Shown: positions 39,130 to 48,632 of the stretch, piece after piece
Layout of the letters: every line of letters begins with the position of its first letter
Position numbering within the stretch: position 1 is the first letter of the stretch
IMG/VR virus record: IMGVR_UViG_3300022925_000007
Reading direction: 5' to 3' (one strand)
Origin: an uncultured virus (IMG/VR IMGVR_UViG_3300022925_000007)
Lineage: Duplodnaviria > Heunggongvirae > Uroviricota > Caudoviricetes
DNA length: 64,000 nt
The notes under the pieces: generated by a model
What the model was told of the DNA's origin: nothing
Seen by the model: only the letters and a program-made list of their open reading frames with translations
The model's database searches: none
Translations under genes and position numbers: made by a program

Positions 39130-40535
39130 GTGAAATAAGCAAAAACATTTCTGAACTGATACTGCGCAATCTGCTTACGAGTGAAGCATATATGCGCAGG
39201 GTCATTCCTTTTATGGAACCAGCATACTTTGAAGGTGTTGAGAAAGAACTGTTTAAGTATTATGCTAAGTATGTCGCCAAGTACAATGCGCAACCAACGC
39301 TTCAGTCGTTCCGCATATTCATCGATGAGTCTGAAGCAACAATGTCTGAAGATGGGTATCGGCAAGCAATGGAAATGCTTCCGGTGCTTTTCGAGAAAGT
39401 TGAGACCAACGAAAACTGGTTGATTGACGCAACTGAAAAGTGGTGCCAAGACCGTGCGTTGTTTAATGCAGTTATGGAATCAATAAGTATCATTGACGGC
39501 AAGCACAAGACGTTGACTAAAAATGCTTTGCCCGATGTTTTGAGTAAAGCATTATCTGTTACCTTTGACTCGAACATTGGTCATGACTACATTGAAAACG
39601 CTGAGGAACGCTATGACTTTTATCACGAAGTTGAAGAACGTATTCCATTCGACATGGAATACTTTAACAAGATCACCAAGGGTGGCCTCCCTAATAAATC
39701 CCTCAACATTGTACTCGCAGGAACTGGGGTTGGTAAGTCTCTTTTTATGTGTCATTGTGCTGCTAATGCTCTAGCACAGGGCAAGAACGTATTATACATT
39801 ACTATGGAGATGGCAGAGGAACGTATCGCTGAGCGTATTGACGCGAACCTGCTAGACCTGCCTATGGATCAGGTTGAGGCACTGTCCAAGGATTTGTTTC
39901 AGTCTAAGGTATCAAAGATTGCAGCAAAGACCAGCGGCAAACTCATCATCAAAGAGTATCCCACAGGACAGGCGCATGCTGGGCACTTTCGTGCTCTGCT
40001 AAATGAACTAAAACTCAAGAAGAAGTTCACGCCAGACTTAGTGTTTATTGACTATTTGAATATCTGTGCTTCTTCACGCATGAAAGGAATGGGCGGTGCA
40101 ATCAATTCATACTCTTACATTAAGGCAATTGCTGAGGAGATACGTGGACTTGCGGTGGAGTTCAACGTACCGATCATGTCTGCAACGCAGACGACTCGTT
40201 CGGGTTATGGTTCTTCGGATCCTGGGTTGGAAGATACGTCCGAGTCTTTTGGATTACCCGCAACAGCAGATCTCATGTTTGCGCTTATAAGCAACGATGA
40301 GTTGACGGCAAAGAATCAGATACTGGTAAAGCAGTTGAAGAATAGATATAATGATCCGAATCATAATAAGAGGTTCGTCATCGGAGTAAACCGCTCTAAG
40401 ATGAAACTCTATGATGTGAACGAAAACGAACAAAAAGGGTTGGTCAATGACTCGCCAGTCATAGAAGATTCAGGTCCGTTGTTTGATAATACGACTGCCG
40501 GAAAACGTATCAGCGCAGAGGGTTTTCTAGTATAA
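39126..40535 (+). CDS. gp41: Replicative DnaB-like helicase
   Basis: AGTGVGKS, IKEYPT, IDYLNIC, SATQTTR, QLKNRY. Confidence 0.97.
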   Translation: MSEISKNISELILRNLLTSEAYMRRVIPFMEPAYFEGVEKELFKYYAKYVAKYNAQPTLQSFRIFIDESEATMSEDGYRQAMEMLPVLFEKVETNENWLIDATEKWCQDRALFNAVMESISIIDGKHKTLTKNALPDVLSKALSVTFDSNIGHDYIENAEERYDFYHEVEERIPFDMEYFNKITKGGLPNKSLNIVLAGTGVGKSLFMCHCAANALAQGKNVLYITMEMAEERIAERIDANLLDLPMDQVEALSKDLFQSKVSKIAAKTSGKLIIKEYPTGQAHAGHFRALLNELKLKKKFTPDLVFIDYLNICASSRMKGMGGAINSYSYIKAIAEEIRGLAVEFNVPIMSATQTTRSGYGSSDPGLEDTSESFGLPATADLMFALISNDELTAKNQILVKQLKNRYNDPNHNKRFVIGVNRSKMKLYDVNENEQKGLVNDSPVIEDSGPLFDNTTAGKRISAEGFLV

Positions 40536-40723
40536 TGCATAAACGTATAACATACACACACCTCACTAAAGGTCACGAGGTTGTCATCAAAGCTCGCATT
40601 GCTGAGAACAAGTATAACAATCCTGCAAGTGATAAGTTGATTGTGTGGAGTTATACACATGATAACTTTATGGATATCGAGAAACACACCATTCTAAACA
40701 TAGAGGATTGGAAAGATGATTGA
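40535..40723 (+). CDS. Hypothetical protein
   Basis: TAATG coupling to gp41. Confidence 0.6.
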   Translation: MHKRITYTHLTKGHEVVIKARIAENKYNNPASDKLIVWSYTHDNFMDIEKHTILNIEDWKDD

Positions 40724-40852
40724 TGAATCAGTACGTGGATTGAATTGGTGGATGAGTCCTGTGCGAGACAGCACTTATCAGTGGTGGTGGGGTTATCGAA
40801 AAGTTTGTATGGTGGTTTTATCTGAAACTGAAAAGCAAAAGTTCTTGGAGAA

Positions 40853-41038
40853 ATGTCGATGTATGTGAAAATAGAAAAATGTTCGCACGGTGGTTGGTAC
40901 AAAAATCATATCGGCGAAACTTGGTATGTTTATGAGGATTGCGGAAACGAGTATAAGTGCCGATCCTCTGATGGTTATATCAATTTTATTCTAAAAAGTG
41001 ATTGTGTAATATCTGAGGAATTAGAGCATGTCAGGTGA
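40853..41038 (+). CDS. Hypothetical protein
   Basis: GGAG SD; overlaps the next gene. Confidence 0.55.
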   Translation: MSMYVKIEKCSHGGWYKNHIGETWYVYEDCGNEYKCRSSDGYINFILKSDCVISEELEHVR

Positions 41039-41315
41039 TATATTTGACTTCGGGTTCACGGCATTAGACGAACAAGAACTCGAAGCAGTACAGGTAAAGA
41101 CTGAGAACCAGTTAAAACTCGAAGAAGAGAACACCACGCTTTCTACCAGTTTGAGCGAGTGCCAGAATAGACTGGATAAGTTGTACTCAGCAGTCCAACC
41201 ACTTCTTAACAATCTGAAGGTCAACCCAGATAAAGATTACATTTACTGGCCGGATAGAGGCGCGAAGGTAGATGCTTTCTCCGCGCACTTGTCTAAAATA
41301 TACCAAGGTAAATAA
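41028..41315 (+). CDS. Conserved hypothetical phage protein
   Basis: FDFGFTA...PLLNNLK.NPDKDYIYWP. Confidence 0.7.
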   Translation: MSGDIFDFGFTALDEQELEAVQVKTENQLKLEEENTTLSTSLSECQNRLDKLYSAVQPLLNNLKVNPDKDYIYWPDRGAKVDAFSAHLSKIYQGK

Positions 41316-42163
41316 TGCTGCCCAAGAAATGTAAGACGCCAATAAGATACATGGGCGGCAAGTCGCGCGCGACCAAAACGCTTCTGAAGTATCTCCCTAG
41401 CACGGAAATAGAACAGTATATCGAACCATTCATTGGCGGTGGATCGATGGCGATTGCGTTTGCACGTAACAATCCAGATGTTCCGGTATGGATCAATGAC
41501 AAGTATTATAATTTGTATTGCTTTTGGATAACGCTGCGGGATAACCCACTCGATCTCCAGGAAATTCTATACAAGAAAAAGCAAGAAGCAATGAATCGCG
41601 ATGCGCATAGAGAATTATTTGATTTATGTAAAGCGACTATTAATGAGTGCGGTGAAGAAAAACACGAAAGGGCATGGAGATTCTATGTGCTCAATAAGTG
41701 TTCGTTCTCTGGATTGGGCGAGTCGTCAGGATTTTCTGCTTCTGCTTCCATATCCAACTTCAGCGAGGCAGGTATAAACAACCTCATCGCTTACCACCGT
41801 CTGATAAAAGATTGGAAGATAACAAACCTAGAATACACAGATTGCCTTACTAACTCGGAGAAGGCATTTGTCTATCTCGATCCACCATACGCCAAAGTCG
41901 GTAAAAGCGGCAAGTCCTTTCTCTATGGAAAGGGCGGCGAACTCCATAAGTCATTTGATCACGATAACTTCAAAGCGAACGTTTGTTCGCACCGCTCCCC
42001 TATGATGATATCCTACGATAACAACGACCTCATCAAGTCGATGTACGCGGACTGGAATCAACTCACCTTTGACCTCACCTATACCCTTCATTCCGGACAA
42101 AACTACCGTTCAGACGAGAAAAACCGGAAGGAATTGCTCCTTACCAACTACCCCGCACCGTAA
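41315..42163 (+). CDS. dam: D12-class N6-adenine DNA methyltransferase
   Basis: YMGGKS, EPFIGGGS, YLDPPY, ELLLTNY. Confidence 0.9.
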   Translation: MLPKKCKTPIRYMGGKSRATKTLLKYLPSTEIEQYIEPFIGGGSMAIAFARNNPDVPVWINDKYYNLYCFWITLRDNPLDLQEILYKKKQEAMNRDAHRELFDLCKATINECGEEKHERAWRFYVLNKCSFSGLGESSGFSASASISNFSEAGINNLIAYHRLIKDWKITNLEYTDCLTNSEKAFVYLDPPYAKVGKSGKSFLYGKGGELHKSFDHDNFKANVCSHRSPMMISYDNNDLIKSMYADWNQLTFDLTYTLHSGQNYRSDEKNRKELLLTNYPAP

Positions 42164-42221
42164 GTCCTTGATTTTGTTAGGGTTTTTACTGCTTTACTTT
42201 GACCCTATATTGAGGCATAAT
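42161..42221 (+). promoter_or_regulatory. Early promoter cassette, copy 3
   Basis: TAAGTCCTTGATT; TTTACT 42193; CATAAT 42216. Confidence 0.85.
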
Positions 42222-42248
42222 AGTATTTCTGGTTGAGGAGAGACACAC

Positions 42249-42437
42249 ATGGATATTCACACACTGACTGCTGTTCTTGAGGAAGCGATTCGTCTGCGCG
42301 TGCAGTTTGGCATGCAAGATGCGGAGCAGGAGACTGACTTCACCATGGGCAAGGTTGTTGCACTGGACCACATGATCTCTGTTCTACGTGACTCCATTGA
42401 TCATGAAGATACACTTCGCGCACAGGAGGCAGCGTAA
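42249..42437 (+). CDS. Small early protein ending EAA
   Basis: GAGGAG SD; follows a promoter cassette. Confidence 0.7.
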   Translation: MDIHTLTAVLEEAIRLRVQFGMQDAEQETDFTMGKVVALDHMISVLRDSIDHEDTLRAQEAA

Positions 42438-42465
42438 TGCTCCCAGAGTCCGATAGGAAGGTTCT

Positions 42466-42759
42466 ATGAAACGAGTAAGGGTCTATCGAACGGAGAGAGA
42501 AGCAATCATTGGAGGTAGGTCTAGGAAGATCTATAGGCACCTTCGAAGCAAGCGTAGAGCGTTTGCGCAACGTCGACAATGTCGATCGTTACGATCTCCC
42601 AGCGATTGGTTGCCTGAGCGGAAGGTGGCACGAAGAGAGTTCTACAGGCATTACAATATGGAGGGTCGTATGTATGCTCCCGTAACTCAATGTCCATCAA
42701 GTATGTTTTTCGTCTGGAAGCGAATCCCCATATGGAGACAGCTGTATGCAAGTTATTGA
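42466..42759 (+). CDS. Arg-rich hypothetical protein
   Basis: AGGAAGG SD; stop lies inside the next cassette. Confidence 0.5.
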   Translation: MKRVRVYRTEREAIIGGRSRKIYRHLRSKRRAFAQRRQCRSLRSPSDWLPERKVARREFYRHYNMEGRMYAPVTQCPSSMFFVWKRIPIWRQLYASY

Positions 42760-42809
42760 TTTTGCTACGGTTTTTGATGCTTTACTTTGACCCCGTTTCA
42801 GGGCATAAT
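42749..42809 (+). promoter_or_regulatory. Early promoter cassette, copy 4
   Basis: CAAGTTATTGATT; TTTACT 42781; CATAAT 42804. Confidence 0.85.
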
Positions 42810-42846
42810 AGTATCATAAATTGGTTAATTGATAAGGATTTTAGTA

Positions 42847-43056
42847 ATGGATATTATGACTTTAAACGCTGTTATCGCTCGCCTGCAGAAAGACGTGAAC
42901 ATGTGCGATGAGTTGATGCAGTTAGCGAACAAGAGGGGTGACGAAGATGTCACCGGCATGTGGATTCACGCCAAGATTCAAGCACAGCATTCTTTGAATG
43001 CAGTCAGCAGCATGCTTGACGATGAACTGGAAGCACGCGACCGGGAGGCAGCGTAA
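42847..43056 (+). CDS. Small early protein ending EAA
   Basis: AAGGA SD; N-terminus MDIMTLNAV resembles the 42249 ORF. Confidence 0.7.
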   Translation: MDIMTLNAVIARLQKDVNMCDELMQLANKRGDEDVTGMWIHAKIQAQHSLNAVSSMLDDELEARDREAA

Positions 43057-43187
43057 TGAAAGACTTTAATGTTCTTGACTTTATGATCAAGTTTGAGGAT
43101 GTGATGGACAATGAGTTCCGCACAGCTGATTCGTTTTTGCTCGCGTATGCTATGCGATTGCAAGAGACCGCTATGGAGGCAGCGTAA
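43056..43187 (+). CDS. 43-aa early protein ending EAA (below the ORF-track cutoff)
   Basis: MKDFNVLDFMIKF...AMEAA; TAATG coupled at both ends. Confidence 0.65.
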   Translation: MKDFNVLDFMIKFEDVMDNEFRTADSFLLAYAMRLQETAMEAA

Positions 43188-43417
43188 TGATTAATGATAT
43201 AGTTGGTCTAATGACCCGAACCTACAAGCTGAAGAACGGCACGGTCATGACTGCTGAAAACAAGAGTGGAAATTGGGACGTGAGCGTGACAGATAATCAT
43301 GGACGCAACGTCACCGATAAGATATTCCATCTTGGGGACGTCATATATGAAGTCTCTCACGATAAACTTGACTTTCTTCTGGTTGAATCGCGCAAATGGG
43401 ACAGCAAGAGCAAGTAA
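43187..43417 (+). CDS. Hypothetical protein
   Basis: GGAGG SD, TAATG coupling. Confidence 0.6.
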   Translation: MINDIVGLMTRTYKLKNGTVMTAENKSGNWDVSVTDNHGRNVTDKIFHLGDVIYEVSHDKLDFLLVESRKWDSKSK

Positions 43418-43432
43418 TAATAAGGGACTCCT

Positions 43433-43645
43433 ATGTCTTATAGAGTGCATAATGACAAGACTGGTACATATCAGGATGTCGAAGGTTACGATGAGTTGAT
43501 TCGCCTACAATGGGAAGCGAAGGGAGAATATGTGCCACGTGTAACTTATACTCCCCCACACGATATTCCTATCTGGGGTTATGTGAATCCTCATGTAATG
43601 AGAAATGATTTTATTAAGTCGACTGACGACGTAATAATGGGATAA
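43433..43645 (+). CDS. Hypothetical protein
   Basis: AAGGGA SD. Confidence 0.55.
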   Translation: MSYRVHNDKTGTYQDVEGYDELIRLQWEAKGEYVPRVTYTPPHDIPIWGYVNPHVMRNDFIKSTDDVIMG

Positions 43646-43877
43646 TAAATGTTATTCACCGCGTATTAAGCGTAGATTAGACGGTTTATTCTCATGATCG
43701 ACAAAATGGATCCTGCGCGGGATGGGTGGAGGCATCTGCTCAATGGGGGCGAGCAACGAAGAAAGGTTTAGCGCACAGCCTGATTCCCCTCGAAATGTGT
43801 ATATGTTAATGACACTTCGTTGCTCACTTTTTCGGGAACGTTCGAATCACTCAAATGAAACAGCAAGAGGAAGTGAT

Positions 43878-44198
43878 ATGTCTTTGGTAAATACCAACAC
43901 CGTGCGCTATGATACGACCGGTCGTCGCCGTAAGAAGCGCAAGGCAAAAGGCGAGGTGTATCGTAAGTACACGCCACCTCCCTTTCAGGAGTTGACCCGT
44001 GATCCTATGCCGTACAGGAGAGGCGCTGACGTCGTCTACAAGTCGGCAGAAGACACCTCGGGGGTTGCCTCGCGCCCCGAACCAAAACGATACACAGGGT
44101 CGCTGGTAAAGGGCATCGCCACGATGCACAAGAGCAACGCGGTTCCAATCATTGACGACCAGCAGGCGAAAGATATATCTGCGATGAGGCGAGGATGA
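43878..44198 (+). CDS. Conserved basic hypothetical phage protein
   Basis: GAGGA SD; YTG...GIATMHKSNAVP motif. Confidence 0.7.
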   Translation: MSLVNTNTVRYDTTGRRRKKRKAKGEVYRKYTPPPFQELTRDPMPYRRGADVVYKSAEDTSGVASRPEPKRYTGSLVKGIATMHKSNAVPIIDDQQAKDISAMRRG

Positions 44199-44860
44199 AT
44201 AAACCACCATTAGCATTCTTCGAACCAATGGAGTATTATGTCTATTGGTATGAGAAGGCAAGCGAAATCTACTACGTGGGCAAGGGGATCAATGATCGTT
44301 GCTGGCAACACGTAGTGGAAAAGGGATATGATCCCGCCGACCTGCATATCGTTGCTCAAAACTTGACTGAGCGCGAAGCATTCCTACTCGAATCTTATTT
44401 AATTTTTACTCACCAACCTCGAGACAATAAAGTCTCTGGTAAACATCAGGAGCGTTTTATTATGGCGTCTATTGCTGGACTTTTTGATTCATATTCTGCT
44501 GGTCTTCGTAACATGCATACGGAAATGCATGAGTTTATGACTGAGCACGATCTTTACAACCTAGTCAGTTTGACGACTAGTCGAAGTGGTTCGTTCTTAC
44601 TTCAGACACCAACCAAGAAATCTTTCTGGTTGTCGCTGATCGTTTCAACCGAAACGCCAGAGTTTGTGGTTCGTTTCGCGACTAATAAACCATCCGAGTT
44701 TGACAGTCTACTCGAACGACTCGATGAACGTCTTGGTTCAGAGTACGAACTTCAAACTAAGGAGTCGTTGAAGGGGACGGATAGCGACCTTCCTGCTAAT
44801 CATGTTCAGGTCGTTGTCGACAGTGCTGAAGAAGCAGTCTCTTTTTTCAAGGAGTTTTAA
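44195..44860 (+). CDS. GIY-YIG-like nuclease domain protein
   Basis: YVY...YVGKG..DRCWQH...E...N. Confidence 0.7.
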   Translation: MNKPPLAFFEPMEYYVYWYEKASEIYYVGKGINDRCWQHVVEKGYDPADLHIVAQNLTEREAFLLESYLIFTHQPRDNKVSGKHQERFIMASIAGLFDSYSAGLRNMHTEMHEFMTEHDLYNLVSLTTSRSGSFLLQTPTKKSFWLSLIVSTETPEFVVRFATNKPSEFDSLLERLDERLGSEYELQTKESLKGTDSDLPANHVQVVVDSAEEAVSFFKEF

Positions 44861-44918
44861 GTTTTTGATTTTGTTAGGGTTTTGGGTGCTTTACTTCCAC
44901 CTAGATGTATAGCATAAT
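44858..44918 (+). promoter_or_regulatory. Early promoter cassette, copy 5
   Basis: TAAGTTTTTGATT; TTTACT 44890; CATAAT 44913. Confidence 0.85.
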
Positions 44919-44954
44919 ATGACAGTTGTTTCGTTGAATAGTAAAGGAGAGTTC

Positions 44955-45161
44955 ATGAACGTTTTAACTTTAAAGACCCCGTTGGAAGAGCGCGTAGCAA
45001 ATTTTCTTCAGTTCCGTCCAGACGCGGAGTACATACCGTTACACCCCGAAGATTACTTTTATCTTCAATTCGAGGGCAACCTCGGTAAATTCGACCGTCC
45101 GGTCAAAATGTTAGGGCGGATCGGTCACCGTAAAAACCAGGAGGAGTCAGAAAATGGCTAG
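44955..45161 (+). CDS. Hypothetical early protein
   Basis: AAGGAG SD. Confidence 0.65.
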   Translation: MNVLTLKTPLEERVANFLQFRPDAEYIPLHPEDYFYLQFEGNLGKFDRPVKMLGRIGHRKNQEESENG

Positions 45162-45312
45162 AGCGTGGCGCAAGAACAACGAGAAGGGTCGGCGTCTCGT
45201 CGCCCTTCAAAACCTCAAGAACGCAAAGTTCTTCGAGAAGAATGGACGCACCGAGGATGCTTGGCAAGCACGCAAGGATGTTGAGATCGCGATCTTGGAG
45301 AGAAGAGTTTAA
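45154..45312 (+). CDS. Small basic protein (52 aa)
   Basis: GGAGGAG SD; MARAWRKNNEKG... Confidence 0.6.
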   Translation: MARAWRKNNEKGRRLVALQNLKNAKFFEKNGRTEDAWQARKDVEIAILERRV

Positions 45313-45452
45313 ATGTTAATGATCATCCTAGTTACTTGGGCGGCACTGTCGCCCCTGTATGTTTATTCGGCATATTGCCTCGGTAAGTCTAGAGGGTATC
45401 TCGAAGGTATAGAAGAGGCGCTGGAAGTTGAGCGCCAGATAGGAGGCAAACG

Positions 45453-45722
45453 GTGAAAGCATTAGACGTCCCAGGACGCAAGGTTCGTTGGCGCCCATCG
45501 GGTGTTCATGAGTATCTATCGGGCGAGGTGTTAAAAGTCTGGTACGATATTGGCGCTGATCCGCGATACCCCAAAGGTTCGCGTGGTTACAAGAACGGCA
45601 TCCGTGCTTTGTTTACAAAGATGTCAGTTCAGATAGGCGACGGTCGCATTTTTGTAATGTCTGCTGAGCATGAGGATTTGAAAAAAATCAAGATGATGGC
45701 AGACGGCGGAGATGATGACTAA
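45453..45722 (+). CDS. Hypothetical protein
   Basis: GGAGG SD before GTG. Confidence 0.6.
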   Translation: MKALDVPGRKVRWRPSGVHEYLSGEVLKVWYDIGADPRYPKGSRGYKNGIRALFTKMSVQIGDGRIFVMSAEHEDLKKIKMMADGGDDD

Positions 45723-45730
45723 ATAAATGA

Positions 45731-46537
45731 ATGGCATATCTCACATTTCTAGTTTCCTTAACCATCGCGGCAGTAGCAGCGTGGTACAGCATCGCCGGTC
45801 TCACGGCGATATTTGCTGGTGCCGTGATACCAGTGATCGTTATGGGATCAGTGCTGGAAGTTGGAAAACTGGTGACTGCCAGTTGGTTGTATCGAAACTG
45901 GCGTCTGGCGCCATTCATTATGAAGACATACCTTCTTTCCGCGATTGTCATTTTAATGGTAATCACTTCGATGGGCATTTTCGGGTTTCTCTCGAAAGCA
46001 CATCTCGAGCACTCCATCTCCATAGGGGGAAACAATGAAATTCAGATCGATGCGCTGGAGCGCCAGATTGCGCGTCAGCAGGATATTATCAACGACGCAG
46101 AGACAGTCCTCTCTCAACTTGACGCAGCAGTCCAAACACTTATTGACGCTCAACGGATTAGAGGGACCTCTGGTTCGATTGCGGTCAGAGAGATGCAGAA
46201 GCAAGAGAGGGAAAGTCTCAACAACACGATCGCTGATGCGTACGGAAGAATTGAACAGATCACCCAAGATCTACTCCCGCTACAGAAACAACAGCTCAGC
46301 ATTGAAGTTGAAGTTGGTCCACTCAAGTATATCGCCGAATTAATTTATGGCGACGATGCGAACGATCACTTTGACTCTGCTGTTAGATGGGTTATAATTC
46401 TGATCGTGCTTGTGTTTGACCCGCTCGCCGTCATATTATTAATTGCGGCGAACATGTCTTTTGCAGCAAAACGAAAAGGAGTGAACGAAGACGGGAAGTT
46501 TGTATTAGACCCCGATAATGTATCTGTTATTGAGTAA
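45731..46537 (+). CDS. Membrane protein with coiled coil (DUF4407-like)
   Basis: Three N-terminal TM helices, ITSMGIFGFLSKAH, EVGPLKYIA, FDPLAV. Confidence 0.8.
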   Translation: MAYLTFLVSLTIAAVAAWYSIAGLTAIFAGAVIPVIVMGSVLEVGKLVTASWLYRNWRLAPFIMKTYLLSAIVILMVITSMGIFGFLSKAHLEHSISIGGNNEIQIDALERQIARQQDIINDAETVLSQLDAAVQTLIDAQRIRGTSGSIAVREMQKQERESLNNTIADAYGRIEQITQDLLPLQKQQLSIEVEVGPLKYIAELIYGDDANDHFDSAVRWVIILIVLVFDPLAVILLIAANMSFAAKRKGVNEDGKFVLDPDNVSVIE

Positions 46538-46541
46538 TGTT

Positions 46542-47108
46542 ATGAATATATTTTATCTCCACAAAAACCCCAAGATCTGTGCTGCGTATCACAATGATAA
46601 GCACTGCGTTAAAATGTGCGTGGAGTATGCTCAGTTACTATCTACCGCGCATCGAGTTCTAGACGGTGAGGAGTATATCGACAAGACCGCTAACGGTCGT
46701 AGGATTAGACGCTGGCGTCTTGATGAGCATGACGATGTCATCTATAAGGCATGTCATGTAAACCATCCTAGTGCTATCTGGGCGAGGCAGAATCAAGCGA
46801 ATTATGTTTGGTTGTACAACTTGTGGGCAGAACTTGCCGAGGAGTACACGCATCGCTACGGAAAGGTACATGAGTGCTGGCGCAAACTTGGTGGCGTGCT
46901 TTGCTTTGTTCCGCGCAATATTGAGATTGGTACTGGCATGCATGATATGACTGATCCAACACCTGCGATGAAACACTTTCCGCAGTGTATAGTTCCTGGC
47001 GACTCTCTCGCTTCCTACCACAACTATTACAGGGAAGCGAAAGCATACTTCTCTAAATGGACTAACAGAGAAGTCCCCCCATTCATGTCAGGAGTTGCTC
47101 ATGTATAG
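46542..47108 (+). CDS. Pyrimidine dimer DNA glycosylase (DenV-family)-like protein
   Basis: MNIFYL...DKHCVKM..EYAQLLSTAH, HVNHPS..W, EYTHRYGKVH. Confidence 0.8.
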   Translation: MNIFYLHKNPKICAAYHNDKHCVKMCVEYAQLLSTAHRVLDGEEYIDKTANGRRIRRWRLDEHDDVIYKACHVNHPSAIWARQNQANYVWLYNLWAELAEEYTHRYGKVHECWRKLGGVLCFVPRNIEIGTGMHDMTDPTPAMKHFPQCIVPGDSLASYHNYYREAKAYFSKWTNREVPPFMSGVAHV

Positions 47109-47311
47109 TCTACCCGTAGTTCTTTTATCCATTACCGCCACTTTTATTTTTGCTTGGTTCGTTGGCAATCGTAATGGTTTTGAGCAAGGGTATGACCGTT
47201 GTAAGTTAGACATGATGATACTCATGCTTGCAGAGATGGAAGAGAAGGTGAATTCGACTAGGGAAACTGAAGAAGAATAAATAACCTATATACTTTTTCA
47301 GGAGTAATCTA

Positions 47312-47569
47312 ATGGCTTGGAACTATCGAGTATGCTATCGTCCGTCAGTGACTGGCGGAGGTTATCAAATACACGAAGTGTTCTATGACGAAGACGGCGG
47401 CATTAAATTTTATTCTGCGAAGCCTGTGTCACCACACGGAGATATCGTCGATGAGTTGTATGAAGATGTTGCTAAATTTTGGAAAGCATTTGACCGTGAA
47501 CCATTGAATTTGGATTTAATTGATAAACTTTATAGAGAGAAAAGAGAGCATGAAAAGCGAAATGATTAA
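47312..47569 (+). CDS. Hypothetical protein
   Basis: WNYRV...IHEVFYD; AGGAG SD. Confidence 0.7.
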   Translation: MAWNYRVCYRPSVTGGGYQIHEVFYDEDGGIKFYSAKPVSPHGDIVDELYEDVAKFWKAFDREPLNLDLIDKLYREKREHEKRND

Positions 47570-47831
47570 TCAGGTTGTTGTAGTTGTTACCAATATGGGC
47601 GAGATCGTTGGTCGAGTCACAGAAGAAACCGAGCAGTATGTTAAACTGAAGAACCCACGTTTATTTCTTCAGCAAGGCGAGAAGGCAGGGTTCGTTCCTG
47701 GCGTCTCTGCTGCCGGCAGTGTTGACCCGACAGAGTTGAAATTTTACAAGTCAATGATCATTACTATCTGTGATCCCAACCCAGACATCGAAACTGGTTG
47801 GCAGCAACAGACGTCTGGTATTATTCTATGA
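47550..47831 (+). CDS. Hypothetical protein (Sm-like fold possible)
   Basis: GEIVGR...LKNPR...TSGII. Confidence 0.6.
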   Translation: MKSEMINQVVVVVTNMGEIVGRVTEETEQYVKLKNPRLFLQQGEKAGFVPGVSAAGSVDPTELKFYKSMIITICDPNPDIETGWQQQTSGIIL

Positions 47832-48028
47832 ACGGAAAGGGTAGCAAACCTAGACCCATCGAAGTAGATCGTGTAGTATTTGAATCCAACTGGGATCGAA
47901 TCTTCAGCAAGAAAGATGATACTTGGACACACAATTGTGAAGTCGAAGGTCTGCATGCTGTTGGTAAAGGCGAGCAATGTAACTGGTGTGGTTGCATAGA
48001 AGGAAAAGAAACAAGGAGTGATTCATGA
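47828..48028 (+). CDS. Small Cys-containing hypothetical protein
   Basis: GKGSKPRP...NWDRIF...CNWCG. Confidence 0.6.
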   Translation: MNGKGSKPRPIEVDRVVFESNWDRIFSKKDDTWTHNCEVEGLHAVGKGEQCNWCGCIEGKETRSDS

Positions 48029-48219
48029 AGCATTTTTTAGTGTTGCCGTTGATTGCCTTATTGTTCACGTTTTCAGGATGCGTCACTGAACCTGAGGTCG
48101 TGGAAAGTGGAAACAGAAAAATGGAAGGTGAAGAAAACGCATTCCGCAAACTCAAGATTGAGGGGTACGAGGACATGTGTAAGCGTGAACCTGAATCCAA
48201 ACTCTGCGAGGACAAGTAA
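48025..48219 (+). CDS. Putative lipoprotein
   Basis: Signal peptide with FSGC lipobox. Confidence 0.65.
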   Translation: MKHFLVLPLIALLFTFSGCVTEPEVVESGNRKMEGEENAFRKLKIEGYEDMCKREPESKLCEDK

Positions 48220-48617
48220 TGAGCGAGTTAGTAATCCTAGAGGAACTGCAGGAAAAATGCTGGCGTCTCTTTGACTACGTATACGATAAACGTCAGTACA
48301 TGGTAGAAGAGCACTGGACTTCTCATGCTGAGGAAGTTGAGGATGGGATCAGGTTTAGGGATGACTGCGATGGATATGCTTGTACCATGGCAGAACTTTT
48401 GCTCAACAATGGAATACCTGAGGACAGGATTCATCTGATCTACTGTATCTGCGAGAACGGCGAAGCACATCTGGTTTGCGGTTGTACGATTGGCGAAGAT
48501 ACCTATATCGCTGAGAACCGTTACAAGAAAGTGTACCGTTGGGTAGATCGAAAAGACTATCAGTGGATGTACATGATGCATCTAAGCGATAAGGGTAATT
48601 GGAAAAAGGTACTCTGA
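48219..48617 (+). CDS. Transglutaminase-like cysteine peptidase (BTLCP-like)
   Basis: DDCDGYA, GEAHLV. Confidence 0.7.
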   Translation: MSELVILEELQEKCWRLFDYVYDKRQYMVEEHWTSHAEEVEDGIRFRDDCDGYACTMAELLLNNGIPEDRIHLIYCICENGEAHLVCGCTIGEDTYIAENRYKKVYRWVDRKDYQWMYMMHLSDKGNWKKVL

Positions 48618-48632
48618 TCCTCTTTCTATATT

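Noticed and set aside
42188..42221. TGCTTTA as a T4 MotA box (middle promoter)
   Set aside because: Spacing fits TTTACT as a sigma70 -35 exactly 17 bp from the -10, which is longer than MotA-box spacing; no motA or asiA recognised in the window
43840..43848. GTTCGAATC resembling a tRNA T-loop
   Set aside because: No 5-bp T stem or cloverleaf around it; no tRNA was recognised anywhere in the window
43722..43877. N-terminal extension of the 43878 ORF given by the ORF track
   Set aside because: It overlaps the inverted-repeat structure, and a good SD precedes the ATG at 43878
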